From: Candidatus Falkowbacteria bacterium
GTDB taxonomy: Bacteria > Patescibacteriota > Patescibacteriia > Patescibacteriales > UBA12465
Assembly: GCA_009885285.1 (NCBI GenBank)
Contig: VFKX01000007.1
Span: 5,046 to 69,045 of the forward strand
DNA length: 64,000 nt
Direction: 5' to 3'
Within the stretch, counting starts at the first letter, position 1. The number at the start of each line of letters is the position of its first letter. Below, in pieces: positions 38,477-50,218 of this stretch. A program made the translations under genes and the position numbers. The notes under the pieces are model-generated. The model was not told the DNA's origin. It saw only the letters and a list, made by a program, of their open reading frames with translations, and made no database searches.

Positions 38477-38587
38477 TTTTAATTGTTAATGTACAAATAT
38501 AGAATATATAGCCCTAGCTTGCTTGTCAAATATAAAACAGATAGACGGTTCAATCTATCTGTTATACACCCCCTTAATCATATTTAT

Positions 38588-40396
38588 TTAATCAACCTCT
38601 CCCATCGCCTGCAGCTTCAAGAGTTTGGCATACAAGCCACCATCGGCATTGGCTAACTCCTTATGAGTCCCCGTCTCAGCTACGCGGCCGCCTTCCAGCA
38701 CCACAATGTTGTCAGCCTGCTTAATAGTACTCAAGCGGTGCGCGATAATAACCATAGTTCTGTCCTGACTGATTTTTTTCATGGCATCCTGAATCAGCAC
38801 TTCACTTTGGCTATCAAGATTGGAAGTCGCTTCATCAAAAATCAAAACGCGGGGATTAGCCAGAATAGCTCGAGCGATACCCAACCGCTGGCGCTGGCCG
38901 CCGGATAATTTCACGCCTCGTTCGCCGGTCAAAGTTTCATAACCTTTATCCAAGCGGTTAATGAACTCATCGGCATTAGCAATTCTGGCCGCTTCCATAA
39001 CTTCCTCGCGAGTTGCCTCCGGACGGGCATAGGCAATATTTTCCGCCACCGTCAGGTCAAAAATTTCCACTTCCTGCGGCACAATTGCCAAGAATTTGCG
39101 GAAACCATGAAGATCATAGTCGCGTAAATCATGGCCATCAAGCAGAACACGACCTGACTGCGGATCATAATGACGATAGGCTAAGCGGGCGATAGTGGTC
39201 TTGCCGCCACCAGACGGACCGACAAGAGCAGTAATTTTTCCGGCCGGAATAGTGAAATTTAATTCACAAACCGCTGCCCGTTTACTCAAATCGTAATAGA
39301 AAGAGGTGTTGTCAAAAGTAATTTCTCCCTGAATATTTTCAGGCCTCAGACCATTATCAGGGTTAGTAATCTCACTCTCTTCATTAAATAATTGCAATAA
39401 ACGATTAACACCTTCCCGGCCCTCTTCCATGCGGTCATAAAAACGGGATAAGCGAAACAAGGAAGCGTAAGCCTTTTCACTCAGTGTAAAGACAAAGATC
39501 AGCGAGCCCACAGTCATCAGACCTTTATAAACCAAGTAGACACCGAGAAATAAAACGATAGAACGGCCGGTATCAACAATGAAATTTCGACCCATCCCTA
39601 TTTTCATCATCCAGCCATACTGCCTATCCTCATTATCACGAATATTTGTCTTAATGGCATCGAAGCCTTTAAGTTCATTTTCTTCTTGAACAAATGATTG
39701 GACAGCATTAATGTTAACAATGGCTTGCCCCATTTTGCCGGAAGCCACTTCATAGTCTTTATATATAGCCTTGCGAATCGGGTACATCCGCTTATTTGAC
39801 CAATAGGTAATAAAAATGAAAATTGGTGCGAAGACCATAAATGACAAACCAATCCGCCAATCCGTCCAAAACAAAGCAATAATAGTCACCACCAACTGAA
39901 AAGCGGTCGGCAAGACCTCCCAAAAAATACTGTTTAAAAACGAAGAGATTCTTTCTGAACCACGCTCAATTTTCACAATTTTCGCGCCAGTATTCTGGCG
40001 TTCATGATAGCCGAGAGAAAGAGCGACGAGTTTTTCCTGAGACTTCATGCCCAAGAAATATTCCACCTTAACCAACATCTTCAAGATGCGCCGATCGCTT
40101 AAATATTGAATAAATGATCGGAATTCATCGGTCGCTAGATACAAAGCAATGAGCTTCAGGAAAAAGATAAACTGGTCACGGGAAAATAAGCGGCCATCGG
40201 AAAAGCCGGTCAAGCCGTCAATAATTACCTTTAAGACGTAAGGCTTAACCAGGTCTAACAGAGCGGCGGTCAGAATAATGGCGGCAATAGCGCCGAACAT
40301 CTTCTTAAATGGCGCTAGCAAACGCCATAACTCCGCCCAGAAGCGGCTCCAGGAAATACTCTCTTTTTCAGTTTTGTCGTCCAATTCTTTACTCAT
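38588..40396 (-). CDS. ABC exporter, fused TMD-NBD (MsbA/Atm-like)
   Basis: Hydrophobic N-terminal domain; GPSGGGKT, LSGGQRQR, FDEATSNLD and IAHRLST motifs. Confidence 0.95.
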   Translation of the reverse strand: MSKELDDKTEKESISWSRFWAELWRLLAPFKKMFGAIAAIILTAALLDLVKPYVLKVIIDGLTGFSDGRLFSRDQFIFFLKLIALYLATDEFRSFIQYLSDRRILKMLVKVEYFLGMKSQEKLVALSLGYHERQNTGAKIVKIERGSERISSFLNSIFWEVLPTAFQLVVTIIALFWTDWRIGLSFMVFAPIFIFITYWSNKRMYPIRKAIYKDYEVASGKMGQAIVNINAVQSFVQEENELKGFDAIKTNIRDNEDRQYGWMMKIGMGRNFIVDTGRSIVLFLGVYLVYKGLMTVGSLIFVFTLSEKAYASLFRLSRFYDRMEEGREGVNRLLQLFNEESEITNPDNGLRPENIQGEITFDNTSFYYDLSKRAAVCELNFTIPAGKITALVGPSGGGKTTIARLAYRHYDPQSGRVLLDGHDLRDYDLHGFRKFLAIVPQEVEIFDLTVAENIAYARPEATREEVMEAARIANADEFINRLDKGYETLTGERGVKLSGGQRQRLGIARAILANPRVLIFDEATSNLDSQSEVLIQDAMKKISQDRTMVIIAHRLSTIKQADNIVVLEGGRVAETGTHKELANADGGLYAKLLKLQAMGEVD

Positions 40397-40570
40397 ATAT
40401 ATAAATTTATTTCTAATGCGGAAGCGACCGACATTATAGTATACGGCCAGAACTGATAAACATTACAACATTTTTATGATTTCAGCAAGGCTGCTATAAA
40501 AAAATCGCCTGATTTTAGACGATTTATTTATTAACATTAGCTAATTTATTAACTGAAAAACACTGATTAA

Positions 40571-42087
<1,517 letters not shown>

Positions 42088-42091
<4 letters not shown>

Positions 42092-43221
42092 AGTGGGCTG
42101 ATAATTTCTGTAATGATTGAGCTAATGGTGACGGCCGCATCGCGCTTAATAGCTTTACCGATATTATTGCTTAATTCTCTCTTGAGAACCGGATCGTTTA
42201 AGATATCTTTCACAGCCTGAGTCAGCTTTTCTGGAGTCAAACTGTCTTGATCAATATTTATAGCCGCTTTTAGATTAGCAAAATATGCAGAATTATCCTG
42301 CTGATGCGATTGTGGCATCGGAATAAGAATCGCTGGCTTCCGCCAATATGATAATTCGGTGAGAGTACTTAAGCCGGCGCGGGTCACCACTAAATCTGCA
42401 ATAGAGATAAGAGTGGACAAGGTTCGGTTATCCATCATTTCTAAAATATGATAATGCTGCATTTTCAGAAGCTCAGGATTATCCGGCAACTTACCTTTAC
42501 CAGTCAGATGGATTAACTGATAATGACGGGCTAGTTCCGATGATGCTTTAAAAACCAAACGGTTAATGCCGGTGGCGCCTAAGCCGCCGCCGAAGAATAA
42601 TACCAAGGGAATGGAATTATCTAGTTTAAAGTCATTTTTCAGCTTCTTAATTAATTGTTCGTCCGCCGTTTCCAGAGACCGGCGAATCGGATTGCCGGCC
42701 AAAACTGCCCGCGGTCCGTAATCAATTAAAGACTTATCAAAAACTACAGTAATCGTGCGCGCAAACGGGGCCATGAGCCGATTGGCTAAACCAGGACGCA
42801 AGTCCTGCTGATGGATAAGAATCGGAATTTTCTTGATGGCAGCCGCCCAGACCAATGGCACACTGACAAAAGCACCGGCACTGATGATAATCTGCGGTTG
42901 ATAGCGGGATAAAATACTAAATGATTGGATAAACGCCGCAACAATTTTAAATATGTCTAAGAGATTGTGGATAGATAAATACCGCCGCCATTTACCGCTG
43001 ATAAGAGGCACAAATTCCATCGGTCCGGTTTCCTGGTTATAAGAACTAACCATTTCTTTCTCCGGGCCGCGCTTCGTACCGACAAAGACTAGATTTAGTT
43101 TCACGTTTCCAATCTCGACAGATTCCCTGAATAATTCTTCGGCCACGGCTAAAAGCGGCACCACTGGACCGCCAGAACCGCCGCCGCTGAACATGATAGT
43201 TTTGATATTTTGCTTATCCAT
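42088..43221 (-). CDS. murG: Undecaprenyl-PP-MurNAc-pentapeptide GlcNAc transferase
   Basis: GGGSGGPV, GNPIR, RAGLSTLTE and HQQDN motifs; dcw context. Confidence 0.93.
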
Positions 43222-44356
43222 GTAATCGTTTAGTATGTTTACTTATATTTAAGAGGATACCCATCGCGAGCAGTGATGATAAAGCAGCCGATCCACCAGC
43301 CGAGACGAAAGGGAGAGGTACGCCGGTCATCGGAATCAGGTTAATCATGCCGCCGATATTCAGGAAGGATTGAATGGATAACCAGACAACAATGCCAGTC
43401 GCCAAAGAGCTGCCATAGATATCCGGCGCCGCCCGAGCAATTAATAGGCCCCGGTAAAAAATGAACAAGTACAACAATATCAAAAGTGATGAGAAGAAGA
43501 ATCCGGTCTCTTCGGCGATAATTGGAAAGATTGAATCGCCCCAGACTTCCGGTAAATACATGAACTTCTGCCGGCTATGCCCAATACCTCTGCCAAAAAA
43601 ACCGCCGGAACCTACCGCAATCAAAGATTGATTAATCTGATAACATTTATCTTGGGCGCTATAACTCGGATCTTCTAAACATTTAAAGCGGTCGCTGCGA
43701 TACGAAGAGGATAAGCTAACAAACAGAAAAAAAGCCAAGACAGCCAGAAACATCGCGATAATGATATGAGTCATCTTGCCGCCGCCGGCAAAAAAAACGA
43801 CGAGAGCCGTAAAGGCGATAATAAATAAAGTCCCTAAATCCGGCTGCATTAGCATTAAAACGCTGATAACTCCGAGAATGACCACGAAAGGAATAACGCC
43901 GCGCGTTAAGCTGCCGAGCTCGCCTTTCTTTGCCTCCAGCCAAGTGGCCAAATAAATCAGGAAAGATATTTTCACTAATTCCGAGGGCTGGAATGATCGA
44001 CCAAAAACATTAATCCAGCTGCGCGCCGTGCCGTATTCCGAACGCAAGCCGGGCACAAAAACTAAAAGTAGTAAGACAATGGAAAATAACAGAAAAAAAC
44101 TGGCAAACTTTTTCCATAAATGATAATCGATGCGAATAACCACAAAAAATACGACCAAAGCAATGCTTAAGCTGATTACCTGACCCAAAAAATAATGATA
44201 GGTATTGCCGAAGCGAGCATAAGAAACAATGGAAGAAGCGCTGAAGAGCATCACCAGACCAAACGCCAATAAGACGAATAAAGCCGTCATCAGGCTTTTA
44301 TCCGGTTCATGGCCGGTAACGGCTGCCGTTTTTTTATGTCTAAATTTTCCCCACAT
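43214..44356 (-). CDS. ftsW: SEDS peptidoglycan polymerase FtsW
   Basis: FQPSELVK, QPDLGT, GSGGFFGRG and TGVPLPFVSAGGS motifs. Confidence 0.93.
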   Translation of the reverse strand: MWGKFRHKKTAAVTGHEPDKSLMTALFVLLAFGLVMLFSASSIVSYARFGNTYHYFLGQVISLSIALVVFFVVIRIDYHLWKKFASFFLLFSIVLLLLVFVPGLRSEYGTARSWINVFGRSFQPSELVKISFLIYLATWLEAKKGELGSLTRGVIPFVVILGVISVLMLMQPDLGTLFIIAFTALVVFFAGGGKMTHIIIAMFLAVLAFFLFVSLSSSYRSDRFKCLEDPSYSAQDKCYQINQSLIAVGSGGFFGRGIGHSRQKFMYLPEVWGDSIFPIIAEETGFFFSSLLILLYLFIFYRGLLIARAAPDIYGSSLATGIVVWLSIQSFLNIGGMINLIPMTGVPLPFVSAGGSAALSSLLAMGILLNISKHTKRLHG

Positions 44357-44359
44357 AGT

Positions 44360-45409
44360 TTAAAATTTTTGATCAAGCAAGAAAATCATTAGTCCAGTCG
44401 CCGCACCAATCGCCGCTATTACCCAGAAACGCATCACCACCTTAGCCTCTGACCAGCCGATGGCCTGGAAGTGATGATGAATTGGAGCCGACAAGAAAAC
44501 TTTCTTGCCCCGAAACTTTTTTGATGATAGCTGAATGATGACCGACAGGGATTCCAGTAGAAAGATGACGCCAATCGGAATTAACAGGAGTGAATTATTA
44601 GTCATCATGGCAATAATTCCCAAAGTCACACCGAGACTCATTGAACCAGTATCCCCCATATAGAAGCGGGCGGGCGGGATATTGAACCACAGGAAGGCGA
44701 GCAAGGCACCGATAATGACTCCGCAAAAAGTAGCCAGTTCAAAGCGGCCCAATAAAAAGGCGATAATGCCATAAGCGGCAAAAGAGATGAGGAGTGTACC
44801 ACCGGCCAAACCGTCGAGTCCGTCAGTTTCATTAACCGAAAATGAAGTGGCCACGATGATGAAAATAAAAATAGGAATATACCAAGCGCCAATCTCAAAA
44901 TTGCCGAAGAATGGGACATGAAAAACTGTCCAGTCCAGCTTGAAATAGAACCAGAGAGCGCCGGCAATGGCAATTAAAGTATAAATTAACAAGCGATGCC
45001 GGAGCTTCAAGCCGCCGCCGCCCAAGACACCTTTGCCGCGAACATCCAACCAATCATCAACCAGTCCAATCAGCGCCGTAATCACTAAGGCGCCCAGCGG
45101 CAACAATGTTTCCGAGCGGGATAAGAAGTTCAGGTGCTGAAAGATGGTATCAGGAAAAAAATCACTAAGGAGAGAAAATCCGAAGATAAAAACCAATACC
45201 GTTCCCCAAATCAAGACACCACCCATCGTCGGCGTTCCCTCTTTATGAGCATGTAATCCGCTAAATATCGGTGTTTCACCGGCATTCCTAATTTTCTTAC
45301 CCAGCTTATACTTATACAAGTAATGAGTTAAGAGCGGTGCCACGATAATTGTAAAAATAAAAGCGAGAGCTGAGAAAAACAAGATCTTCACGATGTAAAA
45401 TTCCATCAT
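44360..45409 (-). CDS. mraY: Phospho-MurNAc-pentapeptide transferase
   Basis: KEGTPTMGG, NETDGLDGLA, MGDTGS and APIHHHF motifs. Confidence 0.97.
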   Translation of the reverse strand: MMEFYIVKILFFSALAFIFTIIVAPLLTHYLYKYKLGKKIRNAGETPIFSGLHAHKEGTPTMGGVLIWGTVLVFIFGFSLLSDFFPDTIFQHLNFLSRSETLLPLGALVITALIGLVDDWLDVRGKGVLGGGGLKLRHRLLIYTLIAIAGALWFYFKLDWTVFHVPFFGNFEIGAWYIPIFIFIIVATSFSVNETDGLDGLAGGTLLISFAAYGIIAFLLGRFELATFCGVIIGALLAFLWFNIPPARFYMGDTGSMSLGVTLGIIAMMTNNSLLLIPIGVIFLLESLSVIIQLSSKKFRGKKVFLSAPIHHHFQAIGWSEAKVVMRFWVIAAIGAATGLMIFLLDQKF

Positions 45410-45418
45410 AAAAGGAGA

Positions 45419-45832
45419 TTATCTAAAATTAATCAAATATATAAACATTAGAGCCAAACAAATTAGCAAGGAAAAGATCAGGGCCGATGATAATAAGAGG
45501 TTGGCGAAGATGCGGAAATGAAAACGACGATGCAAGGCGGCCGCCAAGAGCCAATTAAACAGGAAGATTCCCAAACCATAGGCGGGATATAAGAAAATCC
45601 GCCACGGCGCACCAACCAAATCAATACCAAAATCAATATTATAATGCAGGACTAATAAATCGCCGCTCAGGTTCCGATAAATATAGGCGGCCTGCAGCCA
45701 GCCGGCAAGTTGAAAAAGACAGGCTAACCCGAAATAGATGCGGCTGGAAGTGAAACGCCAGAGAGTCGAAAAGGCTGCCGCCACCTCTTGACGAAAAGAA
45801 TAAAAACGTGCGTATAAATTTGAGTAGGCCAT
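45419..45832 (-). CDS. Hypothetical 3-TM membrane protein heading the mraY operon
   Basis: LHYNIDFGIDLVG loop between TM segments; 9 nt from the mraY start. Confidence 0.75.
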   Translation of the reverse strand: MAYSNLYARFYSFRQEVAAAFSTLWRFTSSRIYFGLACLFQLAGWLQAAYIYRNLSGDLLVLHYNIDFGIDLVGAPWRIFLYPAYGLGIFLFNWLLAAALHRRFHFRIFANLLLSSALIFSLLICLALMFIYLINFR

Positions 45833-45923
45833 AAAAAATATGCGAATTATCAGGATATTTTTAGTTTATCACATTTTAAAATAATACAAAACTATGTTAT
45901 AATGAGCTCATTAAGATAAAACT

Positions 45924-46934
45924 ATGAGCCAAAAAATAATCACCAAGATTTTTAATTACGCCAACACCGAAGGAGCGGAGCACCTCGTCATCCACAAGCA
46001 TGACAATCGTCTCGTACTCGATTGCTTTTGTCCCGGGACGGACAAGCAAAGTCTGATCCTGCCGAAACGGCTGGAAAAAGAATTCCTCTCTTCTTTGCGG
46101 AAAATTACCTCCATTGCGCCTGACGAATTAGTTTCCCAGAAATACTGTAAACTGCCGCATAAGAACGGTTGTCGGTATTTTTATTTAACTATCTTGCCGG
46201 AAGCTGGCAGCGAGAAAGTCATCATCAATTTCGTTAAGAAGTCCCCGACCCTTTGGCGCCTCAGTCAGCTCGGCTTGCAAAGGGCAGATCTTCAAACCTT
46301 AAAAAAATCATTGGCTCGAAAGTCCGGATTAGTACTTATTAGCTCTCCGGAAGGTTCCGGAAAAAGCGCTACCTTAAATGCTCTCCTGCTAGAAATGGGT
46401 GATAGTTCTAGAAGCGCCTATGCCTTAATGAAATATCGCGCTTATGATATTCCCGGTATCACAACCATGGGCTCCAATCCCAGGAACTGGGATAAAATCA
46501 TGAAAATCGATTCACAAGTAATTTATTCTGACGATTTAGATAATGCCGAATCTCTAAAAGAGGCCTGTCAGGCAGCTGCCAGTGGCCGCCTGGTCTTTGG
46601 CGCAATCAGTGCCGAAAATTGCTTAGTGGCAATAGAAAAAATCATGGCCTGTCCGCTACCCTTGAAATTAAAGCTTGATAACCTTAAGATAATTACTAAC
46701 CAGCGACTGGCAGTACTAAAGAGAAGTAAGCGCCTAAAAAACCAGCACCAGCGGAAAACTATCGGCCTCTTTGAGGTCTTAAAAGTTAGTCCGGCCGTCA
46801 GAGAATTTTTGATAAACCATGAGGGGCAAAATCTCAAAATGCATCAAGAAGAATTAGCGAAACTTATTTTGCAAGATGGCTTCGTTCCTCTAGCCTCCGA
46901 CCGCCAGCAAAAAACTCGGGACGGCCTGATTTAA
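45924..46934 (+). CDS. Degenerate PilB/GspE-family secretion ATPase
   Basis: GLVLISSPEGSGKSATL Walker A, AAASGRLVF, NQRL and GLFEVL motifs; Walker B and His box eroded. Confidence 0.75.
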   Translation: MSQKIITKIFNYANTEGAEHLVIHKHDNRLVLDCFCPGTDKQSLILPKRLEKEFLSSLRKITSIAPDELVSQKYCKLPHKNGCRYFYLTILPEAGSEKVIINFVKKSPTLWRLSQLGLQRADLQTLKKSLARKSGLVLISSPEGSGKSATLNALLLEMGDSSRSAYALMKYRAYDIPGITTMGSNPRNWDKIMKIDSQVIYSDDLDNAESLKEACQAAASGRLVFGAISAENCLVAIEKIMACPLPLKLKLDNLKIITNQRLAVLKRSKRLKNQHQRKTIGLFEVLKVSPAVREFLINHEGQNLKMHQEELAKLILQDGFVPLASDRQQKTRDGLI

Positions 46935-46969
46935 TAATCTTGTCCGGCAATACTAAGGCTGAATAATCT

Positions 46970-47632
46970 ATGAAAATAACCTGCGTCATCCCTGCTTGGA
47001 ATGAAGAAAAAAATATCGCCAAAGTAATTGCCGACGTCCGGCCTTATGTTGACGAAGTAGTCGTCATTGATGACTGCTCTCAAGATAAGACATCGGAATT
47101 GGCAACTGCCGCCGGAGCCACTGTCTTCCGCCACCCAATTAACCGCGGCCAAGGAGCGGCTTTGCAGACCGGCAATGACTATGCCTTAAGCGAAGGGGCG
47201 GATATTATTGTTCATTTTGACGCTGACGATCAATTCCTGTCCTCAGAAATAAAAGACATGGTAGCGCCAATTATCTCCGGCCAAGCCGACATTGTTTTCG
47301 GTTCCCGCTTCTTAGGCAAGAAGGCTAATCTGCCATTTGTCAAAAGAATAATAATCATGCCCTTGGCTCATATCTTTACCCGCCTTATTCTGGGCATCAG
47401 GTTAAGCGACCCGCAGAACGGTTTTCGGGCGATGAGCCGTTCGGCCGCTGAAAGCATCCGCATCGGTAATCGGGAGATGGCTCATAACAGTGAGATTCAG
47501 ATTGAAGCTTTTAGACAGCGTTTGCGGATAGCCGAAGTACCGATTACAGTCGTTTACCATCATTTCGGACAGAAGTTATCTGGCGGCTTTAAAGTCGCCC
47601 GCGATCTACTCATCCATAAGATAATTAAATAA
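46970..47632 (+). CDS. GT2 glycosyltransferase (DPM1-like)
   Basis: IPAWNEE, DDCSQD, NRGQG, DADDQ and GSRFL motifs. Confidence 0.92.
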   Translation: MKITCVIPAWNEEKNIAKVIADVRPYVDEVVVIDDCSQDKTSELATAAGATVFRHPINRGQGAALQTGNDYALSEGADIIVHFDADDQFLSSEIKDMVAPIISGQADIVFGSRFLGKKANLPFVKRIIIMPLAHIFTRLILGIRLSDPQNGFRAMSRSAAESIRIGNREMAHNSEIQIEAFRQRLRIAEVPITVVYHHFGQKLSGGFKVARDLLIHKIIK

Positions 47633-47636
47633 TATT

Positions 47637-47957
47637 ATGCTGCAACAATTACTCGCCATCATCATCATTCTCTTCTTTGTTTTCCGTCTGGTTATCCAAA
47701 AAAAGAAAAACTTAATAAGTAAAAATGAATTTTTCTTGTGGCTGTCTTTTTGGGCGCTATCAGCTGGCGCCATTATCTTTATTAAGCAGATAGATAGACT
47801 CGTCGCCTCGCTCGGCTTTTCCGGCAGCGGTATCAATTTCTTAATTTATTTAGCCGTCCTAGCTTTATTCTATTTAGTTTTCCGCCTCCGCCTGGACCTA
47901 GCCAAGATGGATAGAAATTTAACAGAGATTGTTCGTCAAATGACTTTAAAAAAATAA
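47637..47957 (+). CDS. DUF2304-like small membrane protein
   Basis: 3 TM segments ending LTEIVR; directly after a DPM1-like GT2. Confidence 0.75.
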   Translation: MLQQLLAIIIILFFVFRLVIQKKKNLISKNEFFLWLSFWALSAGAIIFIKQIDRLVASLGFSGSGINFLIYLAVLALFYLVFRLRLDLAKMDRNLTEIVRQMTLKK

Positions 47958-47959
47958 CC

Positions 47960-49087
47960 ATGAAAATCGCTTCCGTCGTCTGCACTTTTCCGCCTTATGC
48001 CGGCGGTATCGGCAACAGTGCCAAAACCATCAGTCAACTACTCCAAGCAGAATATGAAGTTCATGACTTCACGCCTTTTACTACTCGACCCTGGCTTAAG
48101 CATGGCCACGGCTCTGTCCTCGGATCCCTTCTTTGGCAGCTCAAAGACTTCGATTATATCTATCTCCACTATCCATACTTTGGAACAGATGCCATCATTT
48201 GGCTATCCAGATTATTTTATAAAAAACCAAAACTGATAATTCATTACCATATGGATGTCGCCGGCCTCAGCCCCTTCGCTCAAGTGCTGAGCCTGCCGAG
48301 TCGCTTGATCAGGAATTCTCTGCTCCAACAAGCCGACCTGATAGTTTCTGCCAGCCTCGACTATATTAAACATAGCCAAATCAAGAATTATTATGCTGCT
48401 CATCCGGAAAAATTTCGTGAAATTCCTTTTGCGATAGACTTGCATAAATTTCAACCGAGCAAGCTTAACCGAGCCACGGAAAATCAATTCCTCGTTAAAG
48501 CCAAAGAGATGGTGAACTTCGTCAAGAAAAAATTCATCAAACGCGACCGAAGTGATCTGCTCTTTGTTGGCGGACTGGATTCTGCTCATTACTTCAAAGG
48601 CGTGGAGATACTTTTACGCGCCATAGCGGGACTGACTGATTTAAATTTTACCCTGACAATTGTCGGCGACGGCGACCGGCGCTCTGTATATGAATCACTG
48701 GCCTTCCGCCTCGGCCTGGCCAAGCGCGTGACATTCGCCGGCAAACTGGCAGATAAGGATTTGGTCCGTGCCTATCAGCAAGCCGATCTCTTAATCCTGC
48801 CGTCAATAAATAGCAATGAAGCTTTTGGAATCGTATTGATTGAAGCTTTGGCCTGCGGCGTGCCGGTCATGGCCTCAGATTTGCCAGGAGTGCGCAGCGT
48901 CTTTACTGACGGTCAAGAAGGTTTCTTGGTTAAGGCCGGCGATATTACTGACCTGGAAGAAAAATTGCGCCGCTATCTTAGCGACCATTCCCTATCCAAA
49001 GAGATGTCCTTGAAAGCTAGACAACTAGCAGAAACAAAATACAGTCAAGCCATTATGTCAGAAAAATTACTGAGCTTATTTAAATAA
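47960..49087 (+). CDS. GT4 glycosyltransferase
   Basis: LPS...EAFGIVLIEALACGVPV motif. Confidence 0.93.
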   Translation: MKIASVVCTFPPYAGGIGNSAKTISQLLQAEYEVHDFTPFTTRPWLKHGHGSVLGSLLWQLKDFDYIYLHYPYFGTDAIIWLSRLFYKKPKLIIHYHMDVAGLSPFAQVLSLPSRLIRNSLLQQADLIVSASLDYIKHSQIKNYYAAHPEKFREIPFAIDLHKFQPSKLNRATENQFLVKAKEMVNFVKKKFIKRDRSDLLFVGGLDSAHYFKGVEILLRAIAGLTDLNFTLTIVGDGDRRSVYESLAFRLGLAKRVTFAGKLADKDLVRAYQQADLLILPSINSNEAFGIVLIEALACGVPVMASDLPGVRSVFTDGQEGFLVKAGDITDLEEKLRRYLSDHSLSKEMSLKARQLAETKYSQAIMSEKLLSLFK

Positions 49088-49088
49088 C

Positions 49089-50159
49089 ATGAAAATCGGA
49101 TTAATCCATAACCTATACGGAGCCTATAGCCATGGCGGCGCTGAGACGGCCGTCAGTATGATGGCGGCAGATTATCGCACAGCCGGACACCAGGTTTTTA
49201 TTATTAGCAGCCGTCCAAAAAAACCATCAGAAAAAACAGATGAAGCCTGTTCAGAAAAAGTCTATTATCTTAGCTCGGAATTCTATAATCTCAGTCGCCA
49301 TTCCCTCGCCTATCGCGCTCTCTGGCAAATCAGCAATCTCCTGGCTGTCGGCAAAGCCCGGCAACTTAGAAAAATTCTAAAAAGCGAAAAGCCAGACTTA
49401 ATCATTACCCACAACTTAATGGGTATCGGCTTCCTCACACCTCGCGTCATCAAGAAATTAAAAATTCGCCATGAACATTTCCTCCATGACATCCAGCTTA
49501 TCCATCCTTCCGGACTAATGATCTGCGGCCAGGAAAAAAAAATTGATGCCTGTCCGGCTAAGATTTATCAGTCCTTAACCCGCCCCCTTTTCTCCTCTCC
49601 AGCCAAGGTAATTTCGCCCTCAAAATGGCTAATGGAAATACATAAGAAATACGGCTTCTTCAATGATTCTGAACAAGAAATCAGGCCCTTTGTCTGGCCA
49701 TATAGCTCGAGTGCCAGAAAAGAGGTCAGGGTAGCAGCCCAAAATTTTCTTTTTGTCGGCCAAGTGGAATCACAAAAAGGGATATTTCTGTTGATTAGTG
49801 CCTTCAAAAAAATAAATAATCCGGACCTAACTTTAACGATTGCTATTCGCGGCGGAGGCGCCAGCCTGGCAGCTGCCAAAGAGTCAGCTAAAGACGACGC
49901 CAGGATTATATTTCTCGGCCCATTATCATATGAAGAAACAGCTAAGATTATGTCGAAGAGTGATTGCTTAATCCTACCTTCCCTTTGCTATGAAAACTCT
50001 CCAACCGTGATTTACGGTGCTCACGCCGCTGGCTTACCTGTCATTGCTAGTCGTCTCGGCGGAATTCCGGAACTGATGGGCAAGGGTGACATGCTATTTG
50101 AGCCGGGAGATGAAACTGATTTGCAGAACAAAATAATTGAAATAAGTAAAAATAAATAA
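49089..50159 (+). CDS. GT4 glycosyltransferase
   Basis: GGAE, LPSLCYENSP and GGIPEL motifs. Confidence 0.9.
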   Translation: MKIGLIHNLYGAYSHGGAETAVSMMAADYRTAGHQVFIISSRPKKPSEKTDEACSEKVYYLSSEFYNLSRHSLAYRALWQISNLLAVGKARQLRKILKSEKPDLIITHNLMGIGFLTPRVIKKLKIRHEHFLHDIQLIHPSGLMICGQEKKIDACPAKIYQSLTRPLFSSPAKVISPSKWLMEIHKKYGFFNDSEQEIRPFVWPYSSSARKEVRVAAQNFLFVGQVESQKGIFLLISAFKKINNPDLTLTIAIRGGGASLAAAKESAKDDARIIFLGPLSYEETAKIMSKSDCLILPSLCYENSPTVIYGAHAAGLPVIASRLGGIPELMGKGDMLFEPGDETDLQNKIIEISKNK

Positions 50160-50168
50160 TGCCTACTT

Positions 50169-50196
50169 AAAAGCACCGAAAAATTCGGTGCTTTTT
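50169..50196. terminator. Bidirectional terminator
   Basis: AAAAGCACCGAA-AAA-TTCGGTGCTTTTT between convergent genes. Confidence 0.8.
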
Positions 50197-50218
50197 AATA
50201 TCATTTCCTCACACTCCG

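Noticed and set aside
40400-40490. Riboswitch upstream of the ABC exporter
   Set aside because: Only a weak GGCCG/CGGTC hairpin; no recognisable aptamer or expression platform.
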